Shown here: positions 1-10,432 of the stretch, in pieces
How the letters are laid out: each line of letters starts with the position of its first letter
Numbering within the stretch: the stretch's first letter is position 1
Assembly: GCA_041691295.1 (NCBI GenBank)
Contig: JBEPVA010000004.1
Location: 1-50,152, forward strand
DNA length: 50,152 nt
Direction: 5' to 3'
DNA from: Gemmatimonadota bacterium
GTDB taxonomy: Bacteria; Gemmatimonadota; Gemmatimonadetes; Gemmatimonadales; GWC2-71-9
Translations under genes and position numbers: made by a program
The notes under the pieces: model-generated
What the model was told of the DNA's origin: nothing
The model's database searches: none
Seen by the model: the letters and a program-made list of their open reading frames with translations, nothing else

Positions 1-1126
<1,126 letters not shown>

Positions 1127-1207
1127 GTGTCGAACTCCGTTGGAAGTGATCCGCGACTGCTGGCGGCCCGAAGCCGCCGAATTTCTTCTATTGTGGCGAT
1201 ACCACGT

Positions 1208-2146
1208 TCAGCGTTTGGCGGCCGAGGCGGTGAACAGCATCGGACCCCTGGCGGCCGGATCCGGCGCAGCGGCCCTATAGCGGCCGCTGACCAGTCCCGC
1301 TTCCTCGAGCCAGCCCAGCAACTGCGGCTCGGTAAATCCCTGCCACTGATGACCCATCGTCTGGCGATACTCGTCCCGGTCGTGTGGCATCAGGTCCACG
1401 AGCAGCAGCCGCCCGCCGGGCTTGAGCGCCCGCGCAGCTTCGGCCACCACTCGTGCCGGCTCGGCCACGTAGGGCAGCACCAGCACCAGGAAGGCGATGT
1501 CCAGCGCCGCATCCTCGATCGGCAGCGCTTCCAGCTCTCCCTTTCGGACCTCGACGCTGTCGTGGCCAGCCAGGCGGGCCCGTCCGGTTTTGATCATGGC
1601 CGCGGAGGAGTCCACCGCGATGACCCGGGCCACCATCGGCGCCACGGCAAGTGACAGGTGGCCGGTACCGCAACCGAGATCTCCCACTGTCCAGTCCGAC
1701 TCGAGCAGTCCCAGCAACGGCAGCAGTTCGGTCCGGCCACCGAACAGCTCGGCGCGGAGCTTGTCCCACTGGGCCGCGGCCGAGGCGAAGAACTCTTCGG
1801 ATCTGCTCCGGCGTTCAGCCAGGACGGTGCGGAGCCGTTCCCCATCACGCAACGATGCCGGCAGGGTGGCCAGCGATTCACGCACCACCTGCCAGAGCCG
1901 CCGGGCCGGGGCTTCGAGCTCATTCAGCGCCAGACGGTAGAGTCGGCTGGCACCCTCGGCGCGGGACCCCACCCAACCGCCGTCCGCCAGGATCCGGAGG
2001 TGCCGGCTGACCGTGCTCTGGGGTAGCTGCAGCGCGGTGCACAACTCCGATACCGTCAACTCATGCCGCTCGAGCACCAGGAGCAGGCGGCCCCGGGTGG
2101 CATCGGCCAGGGCATTGAGTCGGGTGACTACAGGCGGTTGCCGCAC
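1208..2146 (-). CDS. ArsR-family HTH plus SAM-dependent methyltransferase-fold regulator (SahR-type)
   Basis: N-terminal ALADATRGRLL...LPQSTVSRHLRIL HTH; C-terminal DLGCGTG SAM motif; directly upstream of ahcY on the same strand. Confidence 0.88.
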   Translation of the reverse strand: MRQPPVVTRLNALADATRGRLLLVLERHELTVSELCTALQLPQSTVSRHLRILADGGWVGSRAEGASRLYRLALNELEAPARRLWQVVRESLATLPASLRDGERLRTVLAERRSRSEEFFASAAAQWDKLRAELFGGRTELLPLLGLLESDWTVGDLGCGTGHLSLAVAPMVARVIAVDSSAAMIKTGRARLAGHDSVEVRKGELEALPIEDAALDIAFLVLVLPYVAEPARVVAEAARALKPGGRLLLVDLMPHDRDEYRQTMGHQWQGFTEPQLLGWLEEAGLVSGRYRAAAPDPAARGPMLFTASAAKR

Positions 2147-2152
2147 GGAGGC

Positions 2153-2181
2153 AATATCATCCGCTTATCCGGATATGTCAA
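2153..2181 (-). promoter_or_regulatory. Sigma70-like promoter with a palindromic operator in the spacer
   Basis: Minus strand TTGACA-17 nt-GATATT-6 nt-GTG start; palindrome ATCCG-N6-CGGAT at 2159-2174. Confidence 0.6.
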
Positions 2182-2190
2182 TGGGTACAA

Positions 2191-2350
2191 AGTCGAGAGT
2201 CGAGAGACAAGAGTCGAGAGTCAAACGTCACGAATCAGGGCTCGGGTCGTGGGCATAGGATCAGCAGTCCGGGTGGGTGTTGCGACTCTCTTCACATTGC
2301 CTACGGATCGGCTCAAGATCCTCGACCCTCGACCCTCAACTCTCGACTCA
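2191..2350. repeat. Inverted arrays of 7-nt tandem repeats, (gtcgaga)n ... (ctcgacc/tctcgac)n
   Basis: agtcgagagtcgagagacaagagtcgagagtc at 2191-2222; ctcgaccctcgaccctcaactctcgactc at 2321-2349; about 100 nt between the arms. Confidence 0.8.
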
Positions 2351-2440
2351 GTTTCACCCCGCACCATACCGTCCGAAATCGAAACCACCGCTACTTTTGC
2401 GACGTACGCCCCCTGACTCTTCGAGCGAAATTCCAAGCTG

Positions 2441-4798
2441 ATGCTGCTGAATCTTGTCCTGGCGCTGTCCATGCCTGTCGGTGTGCCCGCCGATTCGGTG
2501 CCGCACGCCGACGCCCCGCAGACCTATGATGGCCGAGCCGGGGCGTTGGAAGTCCGTCCGCCGCGGATCGTGGCCCAGCCGGTCATCGATGGCGTGCTCG
2601 ACGAGCCGGTGTGGGCCAGCGCCGACCGACTGGTCGGATTTTCCCAGTACTCGCCCAGCGATGGGGTGGCCGCCTCCGACTCCACCCAGGTGTTGGTCTG
2701 GTACTCCCCCACCGCCATCTACTTCGGCATCCGGGCATTCGAGAGTCACGGCCCGGTCCACGCCACGCTGGCGGACCGGGACAAGATCTTTGCCGACGAC
2801 TACGTCCAGCTGATGCTGGGCACCTTCAACGATGGCCGGCAGGCCATGATGTTCGCGGTCAATCCGCTGGGCGTGCAGGCCGATGGCATCCTGGTCGAGC
2901 GGGGGAATGGAGCGGGCGGCGGCGAGCGTGAACCGGTCGACCTGAGCCCCGATTTCGTGTTCCATTCCAAGGGGCACGTCACCGACTACGGCTACGAAGT
3001 CGAAATCCAGATTCCACTCAAGAGCCTCAGATATCAGTCGGCGGCGGAGCAGACCTGGGGATTGCATGTCCTGAGGACGGTCCAGCACTCGGGATTCGAG
3101 GATTCATGGGCCCCGGCCAGGCGGTCGAGCGCCAGCTTCCTGGGCCAGGCGGGGCAGCTGCAGGGACTCACCGGTTTTCATCGCGGCCTGGTGATGGACG
3201 TGACGCCGGAGGTCACTGGCCGAGCCGATGGCGCTATCCAGAAGAGCGGCAACTGGGGCTACGATGGCAACGGCCCCAACGTCGGCGGTACGGTGCGCTG
3301 GGGCGTGACCAACAGTCTGTCGCTCAATGCCACGGCCAACCCCGATTTTTCCCAGATCGAATCGGACGCCAGCCAGATCAACTTCGATCCCCGGTCGAAC
3401 AACTTCGTGGCGGAGAAGCGGCCCTTCTTTCTCGACGGGCTGGAGCAGTTCAGCACGCCTAACCAGCTGATCTACACCCGCCGCATTGTTCAGCCGATCG
3501 GCGCGCTCAAGTTCACCGGGACCACCGGCGGCACCAACGTTGGGTTCCTCGCCGCGGTGGACAAGACCACGGCCTCGCTGACCGGCAGCCATCCGGACAT
3601 GTTCGCGCTGCGGCTGCAGCAGAACGTCGGGGCCCAGTCCCGCATCGGGCTGGCCACCACCGACCGCCAGGATGGCGACAACTACAACCGGGTCGGCGCG
3701 CTCGATACCCGGCTGGTGTTCGGCAAGATCTACAACCTGGGGCTGCAGGCCGGCGGCAGTGTCACCCGGACCGATGGAGAGACCGTCACCGGCCCCGTCT
3801 GGCAGGGCCGCTTCGTCCGCAACGGTCACACCCTCGGCCTCAACTATGTGTTCAACGGACTGAGCGAGAACTTCTTCGCCCAGAGCGGCTTCATCTCCCG
3901 GCCGGGCATTGCCCATTTCGGACTCGATCACCGGATCTCGGTCTTCGGCCATCAGGGCGGATTCATCGAGCGGGTCGACAACGACGTCCTGTTCGACTGG
4001 ATCTGGAATTATCACGACCTGACCCACGGCAACCGATCGCTCGAACGCAAGAACCACTTCCAGACCACGGCGGGGCTCCGGGGCGGCTGGTCGGTCAGTG
4101 CCGGCGTGTTCATCGAGACGTTCGACTACGACCCCCAGCTGCTGCGCGGCGCCGCGATCGAGCGGCGGGGGCCCGGGGGCACCGTCGATACCGTGCCATT
4201 CCAGCCGGTGCCATCGATCAACAACACCGACTGGCTGCTGCAGGCCGCTACGCCGCAATTCAAGAATTTCTCGGCCAACACCTTCATTCTCTGGGGCAAG
4301 GACGACGATTTCTTCGAGTGGCAGCCCACCAATTTCTTCTTCATCGAGGCCCACACCCAGATCCGGCCCAGCGACCAGTTCCGGATTTCGCTCGACTATG
4401 CCCATATCCAGTACCGGCGCCCGCTCGACGGCAGCCTGGTCGGCCGGTTCCGCATTCCCCGGCTCAAGCTCGAGTACCAGGTGGCGCGGCCCATCTTCGT
4501 CCGCCTGGTCGGCGAATACGTGGCCAGCGAGATCGACAGCCTGCGCGACGATCGCAACGGCGGCGCCGCGATCCTGCTGCCCAATTCCAGCGGGGTCCTC
4601 GAAAAGTCCGTCCCCTACCTGAACAACAGCTTCCGGGTCGACGCGCTGCTGTCGGTGCAGCCCAATCCGGGCACGGTGTTTTTCCTCGGCTACGGCCGGT
4701 TGATGGACGATCCCGAGTCGTTCCGGTTCCGCAACTTGCAGCGGCAGTCGGACGGGTTTTTCCTCAAGATGAGCTACCTGTTTCGGATAGGATCCTGA
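2441..4798 (+). CDS. Exported CBM9-like/DUF5916-type probable outer-membrane protein
   Basis: Signal peptide; IDGVLDEPVW, FAVNPLGVQAD, NPDFSQIESD, EKRPFFLDG; beta-barrel-like C-terminus FFLKMSYLF. Confidence 0.75.
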   Translation: MLLNLVLALSMPVGVPADSVPHADAPQTYDGRAGALEVRPPRIVAQPVIDGVLDEPVWASADRLVGFSQYSPSDGVAASDSTQVLVWYSPTAIYFGIRAFESHGPVHATLADRDKIFADDYVQLMLGTFNDGRQAMMFAVNPLGVQADGILVERGNGAGGGEREPVDLSPDFVFHSKGHVTDYGYEVEIQIPLKSLRYQSAAEQTWGLHVLRTVQHSGFEDSWAPARRSSASFLGQAGQLQGLTGFHRGLVMDVTPEVTGRADGAIQKSGNWGYDGNGPNVGGTVRWGVTNSLSLNATANPDFSQIESDASQINFDPRSNNFVAEKRPFFLDGLEQFSTPNQLIYTRRIVQPIGALKFTGTTGGTNVGFLAAVDKTTASLTGSHPDMFALRLQQNVGAQSRIGLATTDRQDGDNYNRVGALDTRLVFGKIYNLGLQAGGSVTRTDGETVTGPVWQGRFVRNGHTLGLNYVFNGLSENFFAQSGFISRPGIAHFGLDHRISVFGHQGGFIERVDNDVLFDWIWNYHDLTHGNRSLERKNHFQTTAGLRGGWSVSAGVFIETFDYDPQLLRGAAIERRGPGGTVDTVPFQPVPSINNTDWLLQAATPQFKNFSANTFILWGKDDDFFEWQPTNFFFIEAHTQIRPSDQFRISLDYAHIQYRRPLDGSLVGRFRIPRLKLEYQVARPIFVRLVGEYVASEIDSLRDDRNGGAAILLPNSSGVLEKSVPYLNNSFRVDALLSVQPNPGTVFFLGYGRLMDDPESFRFRNLQRQSDGFFLKMSYLFRIGS

Positions 4799-5175
4799 CT
4801 CAGAAGAACTGAACAACACAGAGGCACAGAGGCTTCCCGACACCGGCAAAACCCGAGACGTCAGTTTGGAAATCGCTTTTTTATTCATTAAATGAACCTG
4901 GCTTGACGAACCGGAGGGGGTGAACGCAGGGCACCCTCTGTGCCTCCGTGTTTGAAATGAAGTTGATGATTTGCCTGTTTCGGATAGGATCCTGACTCAG
5001 AAGAACTGAAAAACACAGAGGCACAGAGGCTTCGCGACACCGGCAAAACCCGAGACGTCAGTTTGGAAATCGCCTTTTTATTCATTAAATGAACCTGGCT
5101 TGACGAACCGGAAGCGGTGAACGCAGGGAACCCTCTGTGCCTCCGTGTTTGAAATGAAGTTTCGGATAGAATCCC
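4777..5175. repeat. 197-bp tandem direct repeat (2 copies plus the start of a third), each starting with the 3' end of the upstream gene and containing an internal inverted repeat
   Basis: cctgtttcggataggatcctga at 4777 and 4974; gtttcggatagaatcc at 5159; each unit has aacacagaggcacagagg ... cctctgtgcctccgtgtt. Confidence 0.93.
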
Positions 5176-5224
5176 TCTCCAGCAAATCCTAGATTGTGCC
5201 TCCCAGCTACCCGGAAGGCCATTC

Positions 5225-5704
5225 ATGCAGTATCACATCAGCGGGCTCCCACAGGCGCTTATCGACCAGGTACGCACCACCCACCGCTCTCCCGGTTACG
5301 GCCACCCGGTCCACATCGAGCTCGCCACTGGCACCGGCCCCTGCCGCCAGTGTCTGCAGCCCTTTGCCATCGGCCAGGACCGGCGCATCCTGTTTACCCA
5401 TCGTCCGGTGGCGGATGGCGGCACCATCACTGCACCGGGGCCCGTCTTCATTCACGAGCAGGAGTGCCAGCGCTATGACGCGGCGGCATTTCCAACAGGA
5501 CTGCGGGAATTTCCACTGGCCATCGAGGCGCGGTCGGACCAGAGTCAGGTCCTGGAATGCCGGATCGGATCGGGCCGTGAGGCGGAGCGGATCGTCGCGG
5601 AGTTCCTCGACCGCAAGCCGGTGACCCATCTCTACCTGCGTCACGCCGAGGCGGGGTGTTTCATTGCGCGGGTGGAGCCGGTGGTTGAAGCATCGACGGA
5701 TTGA
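5225..5704 (+). CDS. DUF1203-like protein
   Basis: PCRQCL, GPVFIH..EC, HLYLRHAEAGCF motifs; 159 aa. Confidence 0.7.
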   Translation: MQYHISGLPQALIDQVRTTHRSPGYGHPVHIELATGTGPCRQCLQPFAIGQDRRILFTHRPVADGGTITAPGPVFIHEQECQRYDAAAFPTGLREFPLAIEARSDQSQVLECRIGSGREAERIVAEFLDRKPVTHLYLRHAEAGCFIARVEPVVEASTD

Positions 5705-5772
5705 AGGATTGGGGGGCGCGCGAGAGGTACGTCGTGACCCCACCAATCAGGCAATCCCTCAATCCAACAATT
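5697..5772. repeat. Inverted arrays of 8-nt repeats, (ggattgaa)n ... (caatcc..)n
   Basis: cggattgaaggattgggg ... ccaatcaggcaatccctcaatccaacaat; the left arm contains the upstream stop codon. Confidence 0.65.
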
Positions 5773-5868
5773 TCCTCAGTGCTTGCGTGCATTGCGCCGT
5801 CGGGTAGGTTGGCCCCGGATCGCGCGTCATGGTCCGCCCCGTGGGTTTCCCCATCCAGGCCATTCTCG

Positions 5869-6525
5869 ATGGCCGCTGCACCGCAGGAACTGCAGGATCT
5901 CTTGCAGGCCAACGGCAGCGTCGCCCGCGACGAGGCCTGGGGTCGCTTCGTCAACCGATTCAGCCCCCTCCTGCTGCACACCGCACGATCGGTCGGCCGG
6001 AATCACGACCGGGCCATGGATTGCTACGCCTTTGTGCTGGAGCGATTGCGCGAGGACCGCGGACGCCGGCTTCGAGCATATACCGAGACACCTGGCACCC
6101 AGTTCACCACCTGGCTGGTGGTCGTGGCTCGGCGGCTCTGTCTCGATCATCTGCGCCAGCGGTATGGTCGCGTCGGCGGCGATGCTCCCGCTGAGCGCGA
6201 ACAACTGGTCAATCGGAGGCGGCTGGCGGACCTGATCGCGGTGGAGCTCAGTCCCGAGGACGTCGTGACCAGCCGGGACGAGGGCCCTGACCGGCAACTC
6301 CGCCGCTCCGAATTGATGGCGGCGCTCGACGCGAGCCTCGCCCGGTTGCCGGCCCCGGACCGGCTGCTGCTGGCCCTGCGGTTCGAGGAAGATCTTCCGG
6401 CCCGCGAAATTGCCCGGATCCTCCGCCTGCCCACCCCATTCCACGTTTATCGCGCCATCAACGCCCTCTTGGGCGAGCTGCGCCTCGCGCTCGGACGGCG
6501 GGGAGTCGAAGACGCCCAACCCTGA
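5869..6525 (+). CDS. ECF-type RNA polymerase sigma factor
   Basis: Region 2 AWGRFVNRFSPLL...FTTWLVVVARRLCLDHLR; region 4 LPAPDRLLLALRFEEDLPAREIARIL; start moved to ATG 5869. Confidence 0.85.
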   Translation: MAAAPQELQDLLQANGSVARDEAWGRFVNRFSPLLLHTARSVGRNHDRAMDCYAFVLERLREDRGRRLRAYTETPGTQFTTWLVVVARRLCLDHLRQRYGRVGGDAPAEREQLVNRRRLADLIAVELSPEDVVTSRDEGPDRQLRRSELMAALDASLARLPAPDRLLLALRFEEDLPAREIARILRLPTPFHVYRAINALLGELRLALGRRGVEDAQP

Positions 6526-6635
6526 GAAGATTCGCTCCTCCCCGACTCTGCCCGACCTCCGGTTCCGCAAAATCCGCTGCCGTGTCCGTTTCACCTGATC
6601 ATAGGGCCAGATATCCGGCCTCAACGAGGACTTCC

Positions 6636-7220
6636 ATGTCAGTATCCGAACGTCAGCCTGAGCATCTGGATCCCGGCACCATCGCCGGCTTTCTCGACGG
6701 TGTCCTGACGGACGACCGACGGACGCGCGCTGAGGCGCATCTGGCGGAGTGTCGGGAGTGCCGCGAGGAACTCGTCGAGGTCCAGCGCCTGGTCCAGTCT
6801 CCGCCTCGCCGGCGGTGGGCGCCGCTGGTCCCGCTGGCCGCCGCCGCTGCGGTGTTGCTGCTGATCTGGTCCGGCGGCGGGTCTCGCCACTCGATTGATC
6901 CGCTCACTCGTGACCCCGCCCTGACGGCCACCCTTGCACCGCAGCCGCTGGCGCCGCTCGGCACCGTGTCGCAGGTCGAGCGAATGCAGTGGACCGCTGT
7001 CCCGGGCGTCCTGCACTATCGACTGACGCTCTTCTCCGGTGAGGGCCGGGCCGTCTGGCAGACCACCACCACCGATACCGCAGTGACCCCGCCCGATTCC
7101 GTGCACCTGCTCACCTCGACTCCCTACTACTGGCAGATCAAGGCCGAGACCAGCTACGGCCGCTGGGTGGAATCGGAGCTGGTCGCGTTCACTCTCGCCC
7201 TGCCGGTCTCCCCCCGATGA
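6636..7220 (+). CDS. zf-HC2 transmembrane anti-sigma factor with an extracytoplasmic FN3/Ig-like domain
   Basis: HLAECREC (HxxxCxxC); TM segment PLVPLAAAAAVLLLIW; beta-rich C-terminus; GAGGA RBS before ATG 6636; ATGA overlap with the next gene. Confidence 0.85.
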   Translation: MSVSERQPEHLDPGTIAGFLDGVLTDDRRTRAEAHLAECRECREELVEVQRLVQSPPRRRWAPLVPLAAAAAVLLLIWSGGGSRHSIDPLTRDPALTATLAPQPLAPLGTVSQVERMQWTAVPGVLHYRLTLFSGEGRAVWQTTTTDTAVTPPDSVHLLTSTPYYWQIKAETSYGRWVESELVAFTLALPVSPR

Positions 7221-10200
7221 ATCGGTTGTCGCTGCTCCTGACACTGGGCCTCGCCGGCACGGCGTGGGGGCAGCAGTCCGATCGCGCGCCTAACGCCGAT
7301 GCGGTGACCGACACGATTCCGCCGAGCTGGATCGTCCAGTATCCGGACCATGCCCGCGATTCGATCCGCAGCTGGCTGGCTGCCACTGCTCCGACCGACT
7401 CGGCGGGCGCGGCGGCGCTGCTGGCCCGGGCGGAACAGGTCGGTGCCGACTACGCCCGGGTCTGGGGCGATTCGTTTCCACTGCTGGATGTGCACCGGTT
7501 CGGCCGGTGGTCGCCGGAGCGCCGGGCACAGCGGCTTCGAGCCGACAGCCTCCGCAAGGCGGGGAATGCAGCGCTGGGGCGGGCCGGATTGGCGGCGGCA
7601 CTGGCGGACTGGCGGAAGAGTCTTGCGGTCGCCACCACCCTGGCCGATACCGCGACGATGGCCGCCGCGCTGGGGAACATCGGCGCGGGCTTTTACGGCG
7701 AGGCACGGCTCGACAGTGCCTCGCGCTACTTCATGCTGGCTCGGCGGTTGGCAGGCATCGCCGGGGACGGGCGGACCCGGATGAACGCGGTGGGCGGACT
7801 GGCCTCGGTCAGCAAGGACCGCGGCGAGTATCACGCGGCCACGGTCCAGTACACCGAGGCGCTCGAGCTCAGGCGCCAGATCGGGGACTACCGCGGGGTC
7901 GCGGCCGATGCCAACAATCTCGGCCTGATTGCCGCGGCCACCGGAGACCTGCCCGAAGCCCGGCGCCGTCACACCGAGGCGCTGGTCACAGCGCGGGACC
8001 ATGGCCTCGACGTTCCAGCCGCCGCCGCATTGATCAACCTCGGCGCCCTGGCCAGCAGCCAAGGCGATGACCTCACCGCCGAACGGCGGTATGACGAGGC
8101 CCTGGCGGTGTACCGGCAGCTGGATGATCCCGCCGATCAGGCGCTGGCGCTCCGCAATCTCGGGCTGATCGAGGCTGGCCGCGGCAACTACCCCGCGGCG
8201 GCTGGCCGCTACCGGGCGGCACTGGACATCTTCGCGACCACCGGACCGGTGGAGTCAACCGTCGGTACCCGGCTCGACCTGTCACAGGTCTTCGCGGCAA
8301 TGGGTAGTCTCGACCGCGCCGACCGACAGCTGGGATTGGCTGAGCGGGAGGCTCGCAAGGAAGGACTGAGTCCGGTCACCGAAGGCCGGCTTCGGCTGGC
8401 GCGGGGAGATCTGGCGCTGCAGTTCAATCGGCCGGCGCCGGCCCGGGAATCATATCGCGCCGGCCTGCTGCTGCTCCGCAAGGCCAAGGACCCGGCTGGT
8501 GAAGCCGCGGCGCTCGCCGCACTCGGCTCGCTGAGCCTGATGGAGGAGGACTTCGCGACCGCACGCGAGATGCTCGGATCCGCCGCGGTCCGGCAGCGAT
8601 CCCTCGGTGACGGCCGTTCGGCGGCATTCAACGATCTGCTCGGGGCCAGGGCCACGCTGGCATTGGGCGATACCGACGGCGCCCGCCGGATGGTCGCTAC
8701 CGCAGTCGACACCCTGCGGCACTCTGGCGATCGTATCGCGGTGGCATGGGCCCTCTGCCAGGTCGGTGAGCTCGAGCGCGCGGCGGGGCTGCCGCTCGCC
8801 GCCGAAGCCAGCTATCGCCGTGGACTCGAACGACTGGGTCGGCGTCCGGCGACCGACGTGGCCGTCTGCCTGTACGCGGGCCTCGGGCAGGTTCTGCGTG
8901 CCCGGGGCGCCGGACCGGAGGCGATCGCCGAACTCGAACTCGGAATTGCTGCCGTCGAGCTGGCGGCGGGGCAGGTGAGTGGCGCTGGTCGCCGGGCCGA
9001 TTTCCTGACCGACAAATGGGCGCTCTACACCGACCTTGCCCTGGCCCAGCGCGCCATCGGCCACGATTCCGCCGCCTTTGCCACCAGTGAGCGGCTGCGG
9101 GCTCGGCAAACCCTGGCGCTCATCGCGAGGGGACCGGGCGCCGCGCCGTTGGCTGCGGCTGAACCTCCACGCCTCTCGGCGCTCCGGCACCAGATCACCG
9201 GCCTGATGGACCTGTCGACCGCGCACGAAACCCCCGTGGCGCTGCGCGGCCCCGATGCACTCGAGCAGCTGCCCAACCGACGGCGTGAAGCGCTGACCCA
9301 GGCAGAGGACGCCTATGCGGCGCTGCTCGACTCACTCGAGGGCGCCGGCGGAACCCGGACCCCTGTCGTGGCAACGGCGCCTCCGTCCTGGCATGCCATC
9401 GCGGCCCGCCTGCCTGCCGACGAGGTGCTGATCGAGTACCTGGTCACCGACTCGGCCGCCGTCGCCTTTGTCATCGGGTCGGGTCGCCTCACCGCGGTCG
9501 ATCTGCCGGTGAGTGGAGCCGAGCTGACCACGGAGGTGGACTTCGTCAGGGGAACCCTCGCGGCCACGCGGACTGCCCGGGGCGGTTTTCCCTGGCAGGC
9601 GCCTTTGCGCCGATTGCAATCACAATTGATCGCCCCGATTGAAGCGGCCGGGCTGCTCCGTGACAAGCACCGGCTGTTGATCGTGCCGCAGCGCGAACTG
9701 CACTACTTCCCCTTTGCGGCGCTGCTGGGGAGTGGGGCACCGGAGCAGTACCTGATTCAGCGATTCGACATTGGCTATGTCTCCTCGGCGGCGGTCTGGC
9801 TCACGCTGACCTCCCGAGCCCCCACGTCGCAATCCGGTGGGCTGCTGGCGCTGGCGCCGCGCCAGGCCGATCTCCCCGGCGCCAGCGCCGAGGTGGCCGC
9901 CATCGCGGCGCTGTACGGCTCCGATGCCACCGTGCTCACCGGCGATCGGGCCACCAGCCAGGCCCTGGCCGCCGCGGCTCCCAACCGTTCGATCATCCAC
10001 CTCGCCTCGCTGGGCGTGCTCAACAAACACAACCCGCAGTTCTCTTACGTCGCGCTGGCGCCCGGCGGTGGCAGCGATGGACGGCTTGAGGTCCACGACG
10101 TCGCGCGGCTCAGCCTCAACGCTCGGCTGGTGGTGCTCAGCGCCTGCCAGACGGGACTCGGCTCGGGTCGGGTGGCCGACGTGCCGCCGGGGGATGACTG

Positions 10201-10432
10201 GGTGGGGCTGGTGCAGGCTTTCCAGTCGGCCGGGGCGCGAAACGTACTGGCCACACTGTGGCCGGTGGACGACCGGGCCACGGCGGAGTTGATGAAGCGG
10301 TTCTACGCCGAGCTTCGAACGGGCAAGTCAGAAGTGGCGGCCTTGGCGATGGCTCAACGCGGCACTCTCAGCAGTTCACAGTCGCTGTCTCCGTTCTACT
10401 GGGCGGGGTTTGTCATGGATGGAGGACTATGA
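7217..10432 (+). CDS. Exported TPR-repeat plus CHAT (caspase/HetF-like) domain protein
   Basis: Signal peptide; TPR repeats (ALGNIG, ANNLG, LINLG, LRNLG); CHAT motifs LLIVPQRELHYFPFAAL, LVVLSACQTG, LWPVDD, PFYWAGFV. Confidence 0.92.
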   Translation: MNRLSLLLTLGLAGTAWGQQSDRAPNADAVTDTIPPSWIVQYPDHARDSIRSWLAATAPTDSAGAAALLARAEQVGADYARVWGDSFPLLDVHRFGRWSPERRAQRLRADSLRKAGNAALGRAGLAAALADWRKSLAVATTLADTATMAAALGNIGAGFYGEARLDSASRYFMLARRLAGIAGDGRTRMNAVGGLASVSKDRGEYHAATVQYTEALELRRQIGDYRGVAADANNLGLIAAATGDLPEARRRHTEALVTARDHGLDVPAAAALINLGALASSQGDDLTAERRYDEALAVYRQLDDPADQALALRNLGLIEAGRGNYPAAAGRYRAALDIFATTGPVESTVGTRLDLSQVFAAMGSLDRADRQLGLAEREARKEGLSPVTEGRLRLARGDLALQFNRPAPARESYRAGLLLLRKAKDPAGEAAALAALGSLSLMEEDFATAREMLGSAAVRQRSLGDGRSAAFNDLLGARATLALGDTDGARRMVATAVDTLRHSGDRIAVAWALCQVGELERAAGLPLAAEASYRRGLERLGRRPATDVAVCLYAGLGQVLRARGAGPEAIAELELGIAAVELAAGQVSGAGRRADFLTDKWALYTDLALAQRAIGHDSAAFATSERLRARQTLALIARGPGAAPLAAAEPPRLSALRHQITGLMDLSTAHETPVALRGPDALEQLPNRRREALTQAEDAYAALLDSLEGAGGTRTPVVATAPPSWHAIAARLPADEVLIEYLVTDSAAVAFVIGSGRLTAVDLPVSGAELTTEVDFVRGTLAATRTARGGFPWQAPLRRLQSQLIAPIEAAGLLRDKHRLLIVPQRELHYFPFAALLGSGAPEQYLIQRFDIGYVSSAAVWLTLTSRAPTSQSGGLLALAPRQADLPGASAEVAAIAALYGSDATVLTGDRATSQALAAAAPNRSIIHLASLGVLNKHNPQFSYVALAPGGGSDGRLEVHDVARLSLNARLVVLSACQTGLGSGRVADVPPGDDWVGLVQAFQSAGARNVLATLWPVDDRATAELMKRFYAELRTGKSEVAALAMAQRGTLSSSQSLSPFYWAGFVMDGGL

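Noticed and set aside
1127-1207. Hairpin ggcggcccgaagccgcc upstream of ahcY as a SAH/SAM riboswitch
   Set aside because: No recognisable riboswitch consensus; only a short stem.
4777-5175. CRISPR array or c-di-GMP riboswitch interpretation of the repeat
   Set aside because: Units are 197 bp and near-identical throughout with no unique spacers and no cas genes; the GGCAAA stretch lacks the rest of the riboswitch consensus.
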